From Deltaproteobacteria bacterium TL4 (lineage in GTDB: Bacteria; SAR324; NAC60-12), in the NCBI GenBank assembly GCA_051382335.1, contig JBBCAX010000359.1, positions 1 to 26,062 on the forward strand: 26,062 nucleotides of DNA, read 5' to 3'. Each line of letters opens with the position of its first letter. The first letter of the stretch is position 1. The position numbers were made by a program, and so were the translations under genes. The notes under the pieces were generated by a model that was not told the DNA's origin, searched no databases, and worked only from the letters and a program-made list of their open reading frames with translations. This document shows, piece after piece, positions 23,870 to 26,062 of the stretch.

Positions 23870-25315
23870 ATGGAAAAAATGGATTTGACAGAACTCAAAA
23901 ATTTAATTTCTTGTGGTGAGGATAGTCACCATCAGTTTAAAGAAGATATTCGTAATGTCGACTCCCTGGCTGCTGAAATGGGAGCCTTCGCCAACAGCGA
24001 TGGTGGTATATTGTTTATTGGTGTGAGCGATAAGGGAGGCCTGACAGGACTGGACGCGGAAGGTGTTGCTCGTGTTAACCAGTTAATCAGTAATGCTGCC
24101 AGTCAACATATTCGTAGCCCTTTGGCCGTGCAAACCCAAAATATACTGATAGAGAATAAACGCATTGTGATTCTGTTAACGATTCCTGAAGGAATGGATA
24201 AACCATATTTTGATAAAAACGGAGTGATTTGGTTAAAGAATGGCTCTGACAAAAGACGTGTAAACTCTAAAGAAGAATTACGTCGAATTTTTCAGAGTGT
24301 TGATTTGCTTCATGCAGATGATATTCCGACAAAAGCAGGAATTGAAAAGTTGGATCAACTACGATTTCGTGATTTTTTACAAGCCTTTTATAAGATGAAT
24401 CTTCCAGAAGATAAAGAAGAGCTTTTAGGACTACTTCAGAACATGAATTTGGCTGTTGATAGTGGTGTACTTAACCTTGCTGGCGTTCTCCTGTTTGCGG
24501 AGCATCCAGAATGGATCAAACCTGTCTTTATTGTTAAAGCGGTTACTTATCCTGGAACGGATATCCACGTGAGTGAATACATTGATAGTGAAGACTTTGT
24601 TGGTCCCTTGAAAAAAATATTTGATGACTCTCTTGCCTTCATTAAACGCAATTTGAAACGAATTCAAGATGGACAAAATATCAATAGCCTTGGGAAATTG
24701 GAAATTTCAGAAGTTGTTTTTGAAGAGTTACTGGTCAATGCTCTGGTTCATCGTGATTACATGATCAGTGCCACCATACGCATTTTTGTCTTTGACAATA
24801 GGGTCGAAATTGTCAGCCCGGGACATCTCCCAAATCACCTTACTGTGGAAAAAATTTGTGCAGGAAATTCCAATATACGAAATCCAATTCTTGTCTCATT
24901 TGCTTCAAAAGGGTTGTTGCCCTATCGTGGATTGGGCTCAGGAATTCGTAGAGCTTTGGAAGAATGGCCGAATATTGATTTTTTTGATGACCGTGATGGA
25001 TGCACCTTTAAATCGGTGATATGGAGACAAAAAGGAAATAAACCCCAGAAAAATGCACCTTTAAACGATAATTTCAATTTAAAGGTGCATGACGAACAAG
25101 AAAATGCACCTTTAAATGCACCTTTAAATGATTTCCAGATGAAAATTTTGAGTGTGATTCAAAAAAATACGGCAATTTCTTACGAGGAATTATCCTCTAC
25201 TATGGGTAAAGATCGGAGCACTATTATGAGACATATTCAAACAATGAAAGATAAAGGTTTTCTTATTCGGGTAGGTTCAAAAAAGACAGGGCATTGGGAG
25301 ATCCTAAAAATTTGA
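23870..25315 (+). CDS. AlbA_2 (Schlafen-like) + HATPase_c_4 ('RecG C-terminal') + winged-HTH protein
   Basis: GEDSHHQFKE, AFANSDGGILFIGVSD, ELLVNALVHRDY, FDNRVEIVSPG.LP, SNIRNP, GLGSGI, C-terminal RVGSKKTGHW. Confidence 0.9.
   Translation: MEKMDLTELKNLISCGEDSHHQFKEDIRNVDSLAAEMGAFANSDGGILFIGVSDKGGLTGLDAEGVARVNQLISNAASQHIRSPLAVQTQNILIENKRIVILLTIPEGMDKPYFDKNGVIWLKNGSDKRRVNSKEELRRIFQSVDLLHADDIPTKAGIEKLDQLRFRDFLQAFYKMNLPEDKEELLGLLQNMNLAVDSGVLNLAGVLLFAEHPEWIKPVFIVKAVTYPGTDIHVSEYIDSEDFVGPLKKIFDDSLAFIKRNLKRIQDGQNINSLGKLEISEVVFEELLVNALVHRDYMISATIRIFVFDNRVEIVSPGHLPNHLTVEKICAGNSNIRNPILVSFASKGLLPYRGLGSGIRRALEEWPNIDFFDDRDGCTFKSVIWRQKGNKPQKNAPLNDNFNLKVHDEQENAPLNAPLNDFQMKILSVIQKNTAISYEELSSTMGKDRSTIMRHIQTMKDKGFLIRVGSKKTGHWEILKI
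25053..25128. repeat. Four intragenic copies of ATGCACCTTTAAA, one of them inverted
   Basis: Direct copies at 25053-25065, 25104-25116 and 25116-25128; reverse complement at 25078-25090. Confidence 0.9.
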
Positions 25316-25470
25316 TCGAAAATTTGAAGATTCAACGGAACTTTAACTTTGCAATAATTCATAGATGGACCTTTGTCAACGACCCCTGAGCTGAAGACTC
25401 AGTGGCTTGGAATGTGATTTCAAGCCCAGTTGCTTCCCCATTCCCGATACATTCCAAATATATTTTTTCA

Positions 25471-25515
25471 TTGCTCTTGCTGTTACCTTTGATATAATTT
25501 GTAACAAAGGTAACA
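25471..25515 (+). promoter_or_regulatory. TA promoter and operator
   Basis: TTGCTC-16-TATAAT with a TG extension; the perfect 11-bp inverted repeat TGTTACCTTTG/CAAAGGTAACA brackets the -10. Confidence 0.75.
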
Positions 25516-25532
25516 TTAAATATGGAGGTAAT

Positions 25533-25772
25533 ATGCCATCTACGCCTATTCGTATAGATGATGATATCCTTGCTTCTGCGACGATAGCGTCAAAAGCAAA
25601 CCATCGTCCTTTATCGAAACAAATCGAGTATTGGACTATGATTGGACAAATATCCGAGGAAAATCCTGATCTGAATTTTGAGGCAATGAGGGTACTCCTT
25701 CAAAGTGAAGCTGATCTTGAAAATGATAATGTGGAGGCTTATGAATTTCGGATAAAACGTAGGTCTGCTTGA
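25533..25772 (+). CDS. ParD-like antitoxin
   Basis: Start at ATG 25533 (RBS GGAGG); IRIDDD...A......HR.LSKQIEYW..IG...EENPDL. Confidence 0.85.
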   Translation: MPSTPIRIDDDILASATIASKANHRPLSKQIEYWTMIGQISEENPDLNFEAMRVLLQSEADLENDNVEAYEFRIKRRSA

Positions 25773-25960
25773 AAGTTATTCAAACTCGTACCTTCAAGAT
25801 GCAGATCTCAAAATTTGACGATGACCAACAAGAAATACTAGATGATATCATTTGGGAATTAAGTATAGATCCTACGCTTGGTCAACAAAGACGTAATAGA
25901 TTTAAACGTTATTGGTTTTATGACTATCAGGATTCTTACCGGCGCCTAAACCAATGCTGA
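25769..25960 (+). pseudogene. RelE/ParE-family toxin, apparently C-terminally truncated
   Basis: MKVIQTRTFK.Q.SK....Q...LD..I..L..DP.LGQ; only 63 aa, and it lacks the usual last strands and HENFY-type tail; coupled to the antitoxin through TTGA. Confidence 0.62.
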
Positions 25961-26062
25961 TATCAATAATCCAGATCTGGCCGTTGGAAAAGGCCAAAGG
26001 GTGTGGTAACGATAAAGATGGTCGGACCTGGTTCTGAAGACGAAGGATAGATAGACGAGTAA

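Overview
Bacterial (diderm) window, taxonomy not determinable here; gene content is Deltaproteobacteria/SAR324-like. The core (6627-23093, all + strand) is a large c-type cytochrome locus with 46 counted heme-binding motifs, which appears to encode a complete quinone-pool-to-cell-surface electron pathway. It contains a c554-like tetraheme, an ImcH-like NapC/NirT 7-heme membrane cytochrome, a pentaheme, two paralogous tetraheme/Tat-FeS/NrfD modules, a beta-barrel porin, a 12-heme periplasmic cytochrome and a lipoprotein built from ten tandem His/Met monoheme domains. Flanking or interspersed genes are a 7TM-DISM histidine kinase-REC-PP2C hybrid, a GST, a helical-repeat protein, BrnTA, an AlbA_2/HATPase/wHTH protein and a ParD-like/RelE pair with a truncated toxin. 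Intergenic DNA holds several miniature IS-like elements that each carry REP-type palindromes, including a triple-nested insertion whose two inner elements retain target duplications (23283-23855). Family names come from motif recognition, not database searches.
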